Virus record (IMG/VR): IMGVR_UViG_3300034175_000017
Span: 17,357-81,356 of that record
DNA: 64,000 nt
Direction: 5' to 3' (one strand)
From: a virus
The notes under the pieces were generated by a model. It was not told the origin of the DNA and ran no database searches. It saw only the letters and a program-made list of their open reading frames with translations. A program made the translations under genes and the position numbers. Below are positions 17,501-26,656 of the stretch, one piece after another (the stretch's first letter is position 1; each line of letters starts with the position of its first letter).

Positions 17501-19925
17501 TCTCAACCCGCAAGAGCGCGGCGCGGTAAAGGGTCTGTATAATAGCGAAGTTGGTAGTCAGGCGTTCACGGCTAACTTGGGTATTCTTTCGGCTGCTGTT
17601 GAGCGTCTTGGAAAGACCAATCAATCTGTTGCCAATGTGTTGTCGCGTGGTCTCAATCCTGCCGGAACCTACGCACAATCTACCGCGCAGCTTGGTGCTA
17701 TTGCTCCTGCTCTTGGTGCGGCTCGCGCTGGTCAGACCGGAGCAGGTGCTCAACTGAACACCGGCTATACAAATATCTCGGCCATCATTGAGCAGCTTGG
17801 TTCGCAAACCAACGGTTCGCCTGAGAAGCGTAGGCTCACTGGACAGGGCAACGCCATTCTCAACGAGATGGACACCCTCATCAATCGTAGGCTTGCCCAA
17901 AATCCTAACGCTGGTGAGAACCGCACCTACCTGCTTGGGATGCAGCAGGAAGTTACCAGCTTTCGCACGCAGCTTCGTGCTCTTAATTCCGCTACGGCAG
18001 AGGAAGTGGCGACCGGCAAGAAGCTCGCACGCGAGCGCACGCAGCAGGAGCGTAGGGCGGGTGCCGAAGCACGTCGCGCTGATAGCGAAGCTGCTAAGGG
18101 GCCAGCGATCACACAGGCACAGTTTGACGAAGTGCTTGCTCGCGTCACTGGTATGCCGCTTGGTAGCGGACAGCGCACTGCCGCCGAGCAGAATGACTTG
18201 CATCGCCGGGGCAAGACCCGCGCTACTGCTGATACATCCTCTCACTCCAAGCCGGGTGGTATCGCCCGCGACGTGAGGACCGGAGCGATCAGCGATGCTC
18301 GCGGTGAGCAGCTTGAGGAAGCTGTTCGTGCCGAGTTTAAGCGTGCCTACGGCATCGACGTTTATGTGAAGTATGAGAATGGGCGAGGCAAGAACAACGG
18401 CACCGCTCCGCACCTTCATGGCAACACCCTGCCCGGTCAGAATCGCATCAAGCCGGGTAGCGAAAGCCGTGGTGCCAGCGAGCAGTTCCAGTATGACACG
18501 GCGATGGATCAGGCGCAGCTTGAGCTTGATCGCAAGGGGCTTGCCGAGTCCCTGAAGCAGATGGCCACGGCCACTACCAGCGAGACCTTTGACGCTGCTG
18601 CTGCAAGCGCACAGAAGGCGTTGGAGCGCGTCAATCAGAACCTCAAGGACATCGCTGGCAACGAACTGGCTTCGGCTGGTATCGCCAATACATCTGACCC
18701 TCGCTGGCAAGCGAAGATGGCTCAAGTCGATCAGGCTATCGCGCAGAACATTGAAGCCTATCAGCGGCAGATCACTGACGGCTTGCTCAAGAGTTTCAAG
18801 GCTACCGTGAAGCGTGTGCAGGAGTCCTTTGAGGCTTCGCTGAAGCCATCACAGAATACCCTCGCAATCGCACAGGCGAGCGCGTCAGGGCTGAACAACT
18901 ATACGATGCGTAACCGTGTGCCAGAGCAGACGCGCATTCTTGCTGACGCCCGCGTAGCACAAGCCCAAGAGGGCGCGCAGCGTGCCGAGTTGCAGCAGCT
19001 TCCGGGTCGTATCGCTGGTGAGGAAGCTGCGCTTGCAGATTTGAAGTCGCGTGCTGAGAAAACTAGCGGCCTCGACCTCGACCGTATCAACGCACAGATC
19101 GAAGAGACCAACAACAACCTCGCCAACCTTCGCACAACGCGTGAGGCGCTGGCTGCTTCGCTTGGTGTTGAGGGCTTGCTGCCACAGACTTTAAGTCAGG
19201 GCGTCAGTCAGGCGATTGCTGCCTACAAAGAAATGAACAACATGAATCAAACGTTCACGCAGACGCTGAACGGTGAGATGTTGGGCGGCATCACGACTAT
19301 CGGTGACGCTTTCCAGAATATGTTCAGCGGTATCATCAGCGGTTCGCAGAGTGTGCTTGGTGCTATTGGTGGATTTGCCAAGGCGATCATGAGCGCGATC
19401 ACACAGATCGTGACGAAGATCATTGCGACCAAGATCATCAGCCTGATGTTCAGCATCTTCGGCGGTTCGCTTGGTGGTGATCCCTTCTCGGCAAGCAACG
19501 CTGGTCCGGTCAATATCGACTCCAGTTCTGTTGCTAGTCTTGTGCCGTCATTCGCTGGCTATCATGGTGGTCAAGTTCCCGGCTTTGCTGGCGGCGGTCA
19601 AGTAATGGGTGGCCACGATATGCGCGACAGCACGCTTGCTAAGCTGTCGAAGAAAGAGTTCGTCGTTCGTCGCGCAGCCGTCGAGAGCGTTGGCACAGAT
19701 TTTATGCACAAGCTCAACAAGCGGGGTGCTGCTGCGCTTGACAGCACGAAGGACACGCCGCCTATTGCCGTAGCCGCGCAACAGTCGGTCAACGTCTGGA
19801 TGGTCAAGCCTGACGAGAAGCCTTCGATGGGACCGCAGGACGTTCTTGTCACTTGGCAGAACGACGTGCTAAGCAATGGCGAGTCACGTCGCCTCATTCA
19901 GCATGTTGCTAGGGATTCTCGTTAA
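14556..19925 (+). CDS. Tape measure protein with embedded peptidase M15-like domain
   Basis: 1789 aa Ala/Gln-rich; TP901-type core; FAGGG..GGHDMRDS..LSKKEFVV C-terminus. Confidence 0.92.
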   Translation: MAKPYEQDVVLDADGKPLFSAMDIFQRRVDAIQKTITNIQKDSYKTVADLNKTLDANVKSLRDAMNGLRAVSTPKATRDRDYTAALKAEANAVKDTDRVVKGALREQAELRKKGYDEARAFTLKEAKDRQAASRETTQRIAADEREGARIVAENNRRRVQQEIETQKLIRASRISAARDEAVANAKSIQDSNALTRARVDNMNKMQIFRQAQKTETNPEQLRALAQLIAMEKARGQALEQNMRTFEAANRRMSGLDNKTQKALAPAAAQRDVQIYGISNARSRAVDAQTLATQNLLNAASERERVTALQSLDLARAKLAAIERMVAKENQLAAAAERVKKADERAAAGDANLSGRSQKMLANRYATDAIASLGPQQALNAALGRQLIAQNALKGAVGQQQVAAQRLLGIEDARVAAIERQIAAASRRAAQDAREAARGAPGPEKENPLKRILSPGYAVSAIARTGVYGAAAGAAYGAFNAAQSGLSNTIEIEDEMVKLQAIANATDTQMQTLRGSIFAIGETSRFATTDLIKISQTLAQAGVAAGDMQKVLASVTTLATASGSTPEEAVQLVTSALGSFQLSASESSRVADLMTEALNRTKLTVQQVGQAIQYVGATAYEQNISLEQLLATVGSVAQAGIKSGSTIGTGFRQFLVDLQDPSKKLTEQLTLLKLTSADIDVSVRGLPAVLDTLRNAGFGASQAYAGLETRAAAFYLTAKNNVDVADQLQLSFSYSTAALVANERAMNSVTAQWQRFKNIVGQQFTEDMQGVVSQMENTLRWISDKLVQSEKLLDERQGRRDKGQEKFYEMDITGGYSNTEGLAGGLNSLISLVSTNDSVAQWFVDIQKSSDGASAASERLGTQINETSGKIDEHKQRVTELDKELIRLITQKDTLRNNDTRSAAETATLTSRFVGLANQLTVTGNRYDDLVQAARRYRLEQLRLMGVELQVQQLQLGQQSRESRSNLRTNLYQINNNAEVMAALNPQERGAVKGLYNSEVGSQAFTANLGILSAAVERLGKTNQSVANVLSRGLNPAGTYAQSTAQLGAIAPALGAARAGQTGAGAQLNTGYTNISAIIEQLGSQTNGSPEKRRLTGQGNAILNEMDTLINRRLAQNPNAGENRTYLLGMQQEVTSFRTQLRALNSATAEEVATGKKLARERTQQERRAGAEARRADSEAAKGPAITQAQFDEVLARVTGMPLGSGQRTAAEQNDLHRRGKTRATADTSSHSKPGGIARDVRTGAISDARGEQLEEAVRAEFKRAYGIDVYVKYENGRGKNNGTAPHLHGNTLPGQNRIKPGSESRGASEQFQYDTAMDQAQLELDRKGLAESLKQMATATTSETFDAAAASAQKALERVNQNLKDIAGNELASAGIANTSDPRWQAKMAQVDQAIAQNIEAYQRQITDGLLKSFKATVKRVQESFEASLKPSQNTLAIAQASASGLNNYTMRNRVPEQTRILADARVAQAQEGAQRAELQQLPGRIAGEEAALADLKSRAEKTSGLDLDRINAQIEETNNNLANLRTTREALAASLGVEGLLPQTLSQGVSQAIAAYKEMNNMNQTFTQTLNGEMLGGITTIGDAFQNMFSGIISGSQSVLGAIGGFAKAIMSAITQIVTKIIATKIISLMFSIFGGSLGGDPFSASNAGPVNIDSSSVASLVPSFAGYHGGQVPGFAGGGQVMGGHDMRDSTLAKLSKKEFVVRRAAVESVGTDFMHKLNKRGAAALDSTKDTPPIAVAAQQSVNVWMVKPDEKPSMGPQDVLVTWQNDVLSNGESRRLIQHVARDSR

Positions 19926-20323
19926 TGGCCGAAACGTTCAACTTCTGTCCTAATGGTCAAGTGCCAGAAACGCTTCCGCGTGAACTGACCAGTGCCATGA
20001 CTATGAACGGATGGACTTTCGTATCCAAGCCGACGACCCCTTATGTTCGCAAGTTCCGAGTGAAGCTGCACGGCCTACGCTGGTTTCTAAACACAAACGG
20101 TTTGTATGATGTAGCGTCGTCACAAGATGTCAACGCCAAACTATTGGAGGAGTTCTATGAGCGTCATGAAACGTGGAATCCGTTTAATTGGGTTCATCCT
20201 CATCGCGGCACTATGCTTGTACGGTTTGCCAGCCCTGTTATTGTTCCTGCTGCTCTCCCAGCAAGCGGAGGCTTTATTGAACCTGTTGAAGTAAACTTCG
20301 TTCACCACAATCCGGGCTACTAA
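19925..20323 (+). CDS. Distal/minor tail protein (gpM-like)
   Basis: Directly after TMP; EEFYERH..WNPFNWVHP motif. Confidence 0.7.
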   Translation: MAETFNFCPNGQVPETLPRELTSAMTMNGWTFVSKPTTPYVRKFRVKLHGLRWFLNTNGLYDVASSQDVNAKLLEEFYERHETWNPFNWVHPHRGTMLVRFASPVIVPAALPASGGFIEPVEVNFVHHNPGY

Positions 20324-20325
20324 TC

Positions 20326-20877
20326 ATGGTTTCTCTTAAGACAGTTGGTGAGCGTTTCTATCATCACTTTGAAGTCATTGATAATGGCACAGGATTTGTG
20401 CGCGGCATCTTGTCTGAGACTGAACAGCAGTCGCAGCCATCGTATGTGTTCGTTGCACCACGTCACGTCTTCCGCACGCCGCACCCTACGGCCTTGCGCC
20501 CCGGCATGGCTATTCGTGATCGCATCGGTGACGTGTTCATTGTTGGCGTCAACGGCCCCTCGGAGCGTCGTGAGGGAACACTGTGGCAGAGCTTCCGTCT
20601 GATGCAGGCCACTGGCCAATACACTTGGACTCGCCGCCGCAGGATCATGGACCCTATCACCAAGACGCTGCGCGAGAACGGCGTAGAAGACAAGGGCCTG
20701 ATATGGGCTGCGCTTGAAGCACTGGACCGTGAGGTTACTGACCGTGAGATGCGTCAGAACTTTGAGCAGCGCCGCGTCATCACTGGTGCGAACATCCAAG
20801 CTGGCGACTTGATTGACAACCAAGCCATTACCAAAGTAGACACGCAGCTAGGTTTGAGGATAGGAGTTCTCACCTAG
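20326..20877 (+). CDS. Structural protein, possibly a displaced head-closure protein
   Basis: Tightly packed in late operon; function is a guess from size and beta-rich pattern. Confidence 0.5.
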   Translation: MVSLKTVGERFYHHFEVIDNGTGFVRGILSETEQQSQPSYVFVAPRHVFRTPHPTALRPGMAIRDRIGDVFIVGVNGPSERREGTLWQSFRLMQATGQYTWTRRRRIMDPITKTLRENGVEDKGLIWAALEALDREVTDREMRQNFEQRRVITGANIQAGDLIDNQAITKVDTQLGLRIGVLT

Positions 20878-20889
20878 TCTCGTTAAGGT

Positions 20890-23800
20890 GTGCGTGTGTC
20901 GATTCAGGTTTTCAAAGGTGCAAAGGGTGGACAGAGCAGCGGCTCCGGTAGCAGCTTCGTGCAGACTGCCGACAACCTGCGTTCCGAGGATACGTTTGAA
21001 GGACTGATGGGCGTCTGCATCGGCCCTATCAAGGGACCAACGAAGGGCCTCAAGTCTGTGAAGCTCGACGGCACTGCTGTCCAGAGCGAGAACGGTGAAA
21101 GCAACTTCCCCGGCTTCATCACTATTATGTCGGACGGCAACCCTGCCAACCACCCTGAGAAGCCTATTCTTCGTCTCGGTGCTGGTGCTGCTCCTACGCC
21201 TGTCAATCTTGCTCTGACTAACCCACCCAACGGCACGTCGCAGTGGGTAACGAAGACTGTCAACAACATTGCACCTGACTATATCGACCTGCGTTTCATT
21301 GCCAATCAACTGTTCACGCAGAACAAGCAGGGCGTCTATAACGGCACCGCCAGTATTGAAATTGAAATGAAGCCAACTGGCTCGGCAACATGGGTTAATC
21401 CTATGGCCTATGCTGCTGGTGTTCCTGCTGGAACGCAAATGCAGACTTCGATTGTTGGGTTGGTCGCTCAAGTTTATTTCAACGACTCCTATAATCAGAA
21501 TGCTCAGACCGGCTATGCTGCTCAGCGAGCCTTTCAGATCACCGGCAAGACGGGTAGCCCATCTGTGCATGAGCTTCGCATGTGGGTGCCTTCGACCGGC
21601 GCGTATGCGAACCGCACTTGGGACATTCGCTGCCGTCTCGTTGAGAAAGACAGCGTTGACGCTGATCCGATCTTTGAGAAGCGCAACATCAATTGGGAGT
21701 CGGCTGCTGCCGTCTATCAGGATGAGATTGGCGAAGAGGAAGATTGGCGCGGCGTCTCTTGGCTTCAGATTTACGGCAAGGCATCGAACCAACTTTCGGG
21801 CGTGCCTGACGTTGAGGTCGAGACCGACGCAAAGATCGTCTCTGTGCCGCCGACTTCGATCTTCAACCCTGAGACCCGCGTCTACAACGCTGGCATTTGG
21901 GATGGCTCTTGGGCGAAGGGCTGGACGAACGATCCGGCTTGGGTCATCAATGACATTATCTCTGACGAACTGAGCGGCATTTCCCTGCTCGCACCCGGCT
22001 CGTATCTAAACAAGTGGGATGCGCTGGAAGCGTCCAAGTGGTTCAGTGAGATGGTGCCTGACGGCAAGGGCGGCGTGCATCCTCGCTACAGCCTCAACGT
22101 CGTTGCCAACCAGCAGATGAAGGCCGAAGAGTTTGTTCGCTACATGGCGGGCGCTGTAGGCGGCTTTGCGTGGGACGAAGGTGACGGCCAGTGGAGGATG
22201 AAGGTCGATAAGCCTGACAATCCCGTTGACCTGTTCACGCTTGACAATATCGAAGGTGACTTTGTTTACAGTCACAGCGACGTGGATTCGCGCTTCAACG
22301 ATTACACCGGCACGTTTCTCAATGCCGAGATGGACTATCAGGAAGATACGGTTCATCTCTACGACAATAACAGCATTGCGCTGATTGGGCACAAACCATC
22401 CAGCATTGCACTGGTGGGCTGCACCAATCGTCAAGAAGCGATGCGTCGTCTGATGATCCGTCTGCGCTCGTCTGTGAATGAGACACGGCTTGTCAGCTTC
22501 ACTACGAACCGTCGTGGCCGCAACATCGAACAGCTTTCCACGATCCTCGTAGCGGACGGCCACCTTGGCGATCAGGCCAAGCGCACCACTGGTCGCACGA
22601 TCACTGTGGCTGCTGATCGCATGTCGATCATCGTGCGCGACCCTTTGCGTCTTGAGCTTAACATTCCCTACAAGCTCAAGTTCGCTTATATGAATCCGCT
22701 GTATAATCCTGCGAGCACGACGCAGCCAACGAACTCGGATTGGACGAAGCCGACGATTGTTGCAGAGCGCAATGTCACCAACAACTTCGCACAGCGCGGC
22801 TCGGTCACGACCATCTATCTTGACGCTGCATTGCCTGCTGGTCTGCCAGACAACCTCGCCATTGCGCTTGAGGCTGCAACGCTTGTTACCCTGCCGCTGC
22901 TGTATCGCGTGACGAACGTAGAATACAGCGACGATGGCGAGCGCGTGACGATCAGCGCACTGGAAGTGGACACTGGCAAGTGGGCTGCTTCTGATGGCGT
23001 GAGCAACGTCAACACTGTCTATCAGACTTTGCGGGGCAACGTGCCAACCCCGTTGCTACCGCCTGACAACACGCTGCTGCGCGTCATGGTGACGGAAGCT
23101 GTGCAGGGTCAGAACGTCAGCCTCACCGCCAACTGGCAGCGTCCTTCAGGCGCACAGGTCAGCGGCTTCCGCGTCACCTACTCGGTGAATGGTGGCGTTG
23201 AGCAAGTGCTCACTGAGAAGACCACGCTGACAAGTGCTGACTTAGTGAACCCACCTGATGGCACCTATATCTTCAATGTTTATACGATCAATCGTAGTGG
23301 TGCGCGTTCTGCGCCCCTAGTTGGCACGGCTGTTGTCGATGCCAATACGATTACTGCGGCTCAGGTCTTCTACTCGGGTGGCCAGCAGACGCTTGAAGAC
23401 TTGCGTCCTGCTACGCCGGGTGCCACACGTAACAATCCACGCGGCGCATGGGCCAGCAATACTGACTACTTTGTGGGCGACATCTTCAGCCACCAAGGTG
23501 TGAGCTACATGGTTACTGCGGACCACAGGTCTACTGGAACTGTGCCGACCTTTGAGAAGATCGTTCTCTTTGTGGATCGCGGTGCTCCGGGTCTGAATAC
23601 TGCGACGGTCTATCTGTATCAGCGCAAGGCTACTACGCCTGATCTACCAACAACTGCTGCGACCTACACGTTTTCGTCGGGTGTTCTTACCGGACACAAC
23701 AACGGTTGGGTGCGAACAATCCCCACCACCAATGGTCTGCCGTTGTGGGTTACTGTCGCGTCAGCAAGCAACGACACGAACTCTGACATCATCCAGCCAA

Positions 23801-26352
23801 ACGAGTGGGCTGGTGCCACGATTCTTGCACAGGATGGTCCTCCCGGCACTGGCAGCGAAGGCCCCGCTGGTCTCAACGTGGCGACGGTGTTCTTGTATAG
23901 GCGTTCGCCTGTTACAACTGTGCCGACGAAGCCGACAACGAATCTGACTTTTACGTTCGCTACGGGTCTGCTGTCTGGCGATCTTCAGGGCTGGCAGCAG
24001 ACTGTTCCAACCAACGACGGCAACCTGCTTTACGTCACCACTGTTACCGCCTCGTCAGCAGACCCCACAGACGTTATTCCGGGGGCCGAGTGGGCTGCGC
24101 CTACTGTCATGGCCCAAAACGGTGCTGGTGGCTCACAGGGCTTGAACAACGCCATTGTCTACATCTACCAGCGTGCGACCAATGCTCCTACCTTGCCAAC
24201 GTTAGGCGTGACCTACACGTTCTCGTCGGGTGTTGTGGCCAATCTCAACAACGGTTGGCAGGCTACCATTCCAAACGACAACGGCTTGCCGTTGTGGGTT
24301 GCTGTCGCCACGGCAAGCAACGTCAATACGACAGACACCATTGCTGCGACTGAGTGGACGGCTCCACAGATTTTGGTCGCCAGTGCCAGCGGTAGTCAGG
24401 GGCCATCGGGTATCAGCGTTGCGACTGTGTTCCTCTACAAGCGTGCCGCTTCGATCCCAACCAAGCCAACTTTGAACACGACCCTCACGTTCCAAACCGG
24501 CGTGCTGTCTGGCGATCTTCAGGGCTGGACGCAAGCTGTGCCCACAGTCAACGCGGCTAACGATCCCCTGTATGTGACCACGGCCACTGCTGCTGCTGCT
24601 GCTGCGACGGACACGATCGCTCCTACCGAGTGGGCCACTCCTACGGTCATGGCATCGAATGGTTTGAATGGCTCTGTCATCAAGCTGACGGCTGACCAGC
24701 AGGCGTTCCTTTTCTTGGACAACGTGGCTGTCAATCCTAACCAGCTAATCACGCTGACGGCTACGCCGCAGAATGCCAGCGAGACTATAACGTGGACGGT
24801 CTCGCCCAACGTGACGCTCAATGGAACGGGCAACACTCGCACGCTTTCGCTCGCCAACTTCGGCGGCAACCTGCAAGTGACGGTGACTGCCAAAGGAAAC
24901 CTCACCAACATCACAGATACGTTCACGATCATTCGCACCGACAGGTCTACGGCTGCTGCTGGTGCAGACGTTACCTCGCTCAACACCGCGCTTGGTGACG
25001 GCAATCGCGTGCGCTTCTCCTTAATGGAGGGCGGCACTAACGGTTGGGCACCTTTGCTCGCTGTCGCTAACAATGTTTATTTTGACAAGCAAGTAATAGA
25101 TGGTCGTGCTTTTATCGTAGGCACGACTCGCTTTGGTGCTGCTGGAACTGAAACAGCTAGTATCGGAACTAAGTTAGCGGTAGCACCAATTCCTGTTCGT
25201 CCTTTTGAACGTCTTAGTGTTTCAGCTTACATTGGCATTGATGCACAAGGTCAAAATCGTGCTTGGAACTTTGTGATTTGGTGGGTTGATGCCAACGGTA
25301 ACGGCATAACCAATACTTCAATTGCAAGTGGAACCGGAGGCACTCCTCTACTTTACAAGCCAGCAGCCTTTGTAAACGTGCCTGCCAATGCTTATTATGC
25401 TTGGCTTGAAGTCTATGCTGGTGCAGGCGGTGGCCCTGCTGGCGACATGATTACCTACATCGGTGAACCAATGGTGACGACTGCTGGTTCGTCTCAGACT
25501 GTGCATCCTAACTTCACGCCGGGTCCCGGCAACGAGATGGGTGCTGACGTTACCGCGAACTCGCAGGTGACTTCAGAATACACGGTTACAACTGTAACGC
25601 TCAATGCCAATAGCAGCGGTGTTCTTGACGCGGGTCAGTTTCCTGTCACGTTGGCTCTGCCTAAGGTGCTCAAAGGCGGTCAGTTAGTGACGACCAGCGG
25701 GGATACTACCTACGCTATTTCCGGCCAGACTCCCGCTTTATCCGGTATCTCTGTTGACAACGGCGCTGGCAGTCCATCGAAGGGCCAAGTCACTCTTCCT
25801 AACACTGTGACAGGCAGCGGCAGCTTCACGCTGAACATTTACTACAAGGGCACGCTTGTTTCGGCTCACCCTGTAGCTGTAGCTAAACAGAACGCGGTTT
25901 ATGTGCCGCCACCTGTTACTCCTCCTCCCACAGGTGGAACAGGATCAGGCGCTGCTGTCTATATGCCGACGAACGTAACGGCAGTAGCGGGAACACCGGC
26001 TGTCACTGCGGCTGCTCCTGTCTATGTGGGTTCGGGCAAGACGTTGGTGTGCAACTTGAGTGCTCAATATTCCTGCTTCGGTATCACTAGGTCCACGCGT
26101 CTTGTGGCGAAGTTCCAGTATTCTCCTGCGGGAGCCAATAGCTGGACGGACATTGGGCCATATGCCACCGGAAGTGTTACCTCTACGGATCAAGAAGGAA
26201 ACCTAAATGACTATGGTGAGCTAACTATGGTTCAATCGGTCGCGCCTGCTGCGGGAAACTATGACGTTCGCCTCAATTTCTACAAAGCCTTGACCGCGAA
26301 TGCGCTTCGCCTAGAACCAAACTCCGATGGTTATGCGAATGGTAATGGCTAA
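20890..26352 (+). CDS. Central tail fibre / host-specificity protein (gpJ-like) with FN3, four tandem repeats and a carbohydrate-binding-like module
   Basis: WTNDPAWV, VGCTNRQEAMR, FN3-like WQRPSG..GFRVTY; 1820 aa. Confidence 0.9.
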   Translation: MRVSIQVFKGAKGGQSSGSGSSFVQTADNLRSEDTFEGLMGVCIGPIKGPTKGLKSVKLDGTAVQSENGESNFPGFITIMSDGNPANHPEKPILRLGAGAAPTPVNLALTNPPNGTSQWVTKTVNNIAPDYIDLRFIANQLFTQNKQGVYNGTASIEIEMKPTGSATWVNPMAYAAGVPAGTQMQTSIVGLVAQVYFNDSYNQNAQTGYAAQRAFQITGKTGSPSVHELRMWVPSTGAYANRTWDIRCRLVEKDSVDADPIFEKRNINWESAAAVYQDEIGEEEDWRGVSWLQIYGKASNQLSGVPDVEVETDAKIVSVPPTSIFNPETRVYNAGIWDGSWAKGWTNDPAWVINDIISDELSGISLLAPGSYLNKWDALEASKWFSEMVPDGKGGVHPRYSLNVVANQQMKAEEFVRYMAGAVGGFAWDEGDGQWRMKVDKPDNPVDLFTLDNIEGDFVYSHSDVDSRFNDYTGTFLNAEMDYQEDTVHLYDNNSIALIGHKPSSIALVGCTNRQEAMRRLMIRLRSSVNETRLVSFTTNRRGRNIEQLSTILVADGHLGDQAKRTTGRTITVAADRMSIIVRDPLRLELNIPYKLKFAYMNPLYNPASTTQPTNSDWTKPTIVAERNVTNNFAQRGSVTTIYLDAALPAGLPDNLAIALEAATLVTLPLLYRVTNVEYSDDGERVTISALEVDTGKWAASDGVSNVNTVYQTLRGNVPTPLLPPDNTLLRVMVTEAVQGQNVSLTANWQRPSGAQVSGFRVTYSVNGGVEQVLTEKTTLTSADLVNPPDGTYIFNVYTINRSGARSAPLVGTAVVDANTITAAQVFYSGGQQTLEDLRPATPGATRNNPRGAWASNTDYFVGDIFSHQGVSYMVTADHRSTGTVPTFEKIVLFVDRGAPGLNTATVYLYQRKATTPDLPTTAATYTFSSGVLTGHNNGWVRTIPTTNGLPLWVTVASASNDTNSDIIQPNEWAGATILAQDGPPGTGSEGPAGLNVATVFLYRRSPVTTVPTKPTTNLTFTFATGLLSGDLQGWQQTVPTNDGNLLYVTTVTASSADPTDVIPGAEWAAPTVMAQNGAGGSQGLNNAIVYIYQRATNAPTLPTLGVTYTFSSGVVANLNNGWQATIPNDNGLPLWVAVATASNVNTTDTIAATEWTAPQILVASASGSQGPSGISVATVFLYKRAASIPTKPTLNTTLTFQTGVLSGDLQGWTQAVPTVNAANDPLYVTTATAAAAAATDTIAPTEWATPTVMASNGLNGSVIKLTADQQAFLFLDNVAVNPNQLITLTATPQNASETITWTVSPNVTLNGTGNTRTLSLANFGGNLQVTVTAKGNLTNITDTFTIIRTDRSTAAAGADVTSLNTALGDGNRVRFSLMEGGTNGWAPLLAVANNVYFDKQVIDGRAFIVGTTRFGAAGTETASIGTKLAVAPIPVRPFERLSVSAYIGIDAQGQNRAWNFVIWWVDANGNGITNTSIASGTGGTPLLYKPAAFVNVPANAYYAWLEVYAGAGGGPAGDMITYIGEPMVTTAGSSQTVHPNFTPGPGNEMGADVTANSQVTSEYTVTTVTLNANSSGVLDAGQFPVTLALPKVLKGGQLVTTSGDTTYAISGQTPALSGISVDNGAGSPSKGQVTLPNTVTGSGSFTLNIYYKGTLVSAHPVAVAKQNAVYVPPPVTPPPTGGTGSGAAVYMPTNVTAVAGTPAVTAAAPVYVGSGKTLVCNLSAQYSCFGITRSTRLVAKFQYSPAGANSWTDIGPYATGSVTSTDQEGNLNDYGELTMVQSVAPAAGNYDVRLNFYKALTANALRLEPNSDGYANGNG
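23590..24666 (+). repeat. Four ~90-aa tandem repeats (ABAB) inside the tail fibre
   Basis: Units start at 23590, 23869, 24139, 24409; exact 26-nt repeat at 23969-23994 and 24503-24528. Confidence 0.9.
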
Positions 26353-26353
26353 G

Positions 26354-26656
26354 ATGAAAAAGTGGCTGGTCTTTGACGAAGATGGGAAGATGCATCAGGT
26401 TCTAACGAACCCCGGCGAGGACCCGCCAGAGGGGCACATCGTTCGTGCCACGACGAAGCATACGACTGATCCTGCCTGTGAATGGTTCGACCTTGAGAAG
26501 GGCCGTTGGGTCAAGGACAACGCCAAGCGTGAGAAACTGGATAAAGAAAATCGCCGTAGCGGCGTGACAAGAGGCGAGTTGGTTGATAGGGTGGAAGCTC
26601 TGGAAGCCCAAGTCGCAACCCTGTTGGAGAGGATCAATGCCCAAGGTCAAGCGTAA
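26354..26656 (+). CDS. Tail fibre assembly/chaperone-like protein
   Basis: Follows J; WFDLEKGRWV and C-terminal coiled coil. Confidence 0.55.
   Translation: MKKWLVFDEDGKMHQVLTNPGEDPPEGHIVRATTKHTTDPACEWFDLEKGRWVKDNAKREKLDKENRRSGVTRGELVDRVEALEAQVATLLERINAQGQA

Noticed and set aside
17430-18725. 431-aa minus-strand ORF
   Set aside because: Antisense shadow of the tape measure gene.
23590-26352. Diversity-generating retroelement or invertible fibre cassette
   Set aside because: Repeats are in-frame protein repeats without adenine-specific variation; no reverse transcriptase or invertase seen.
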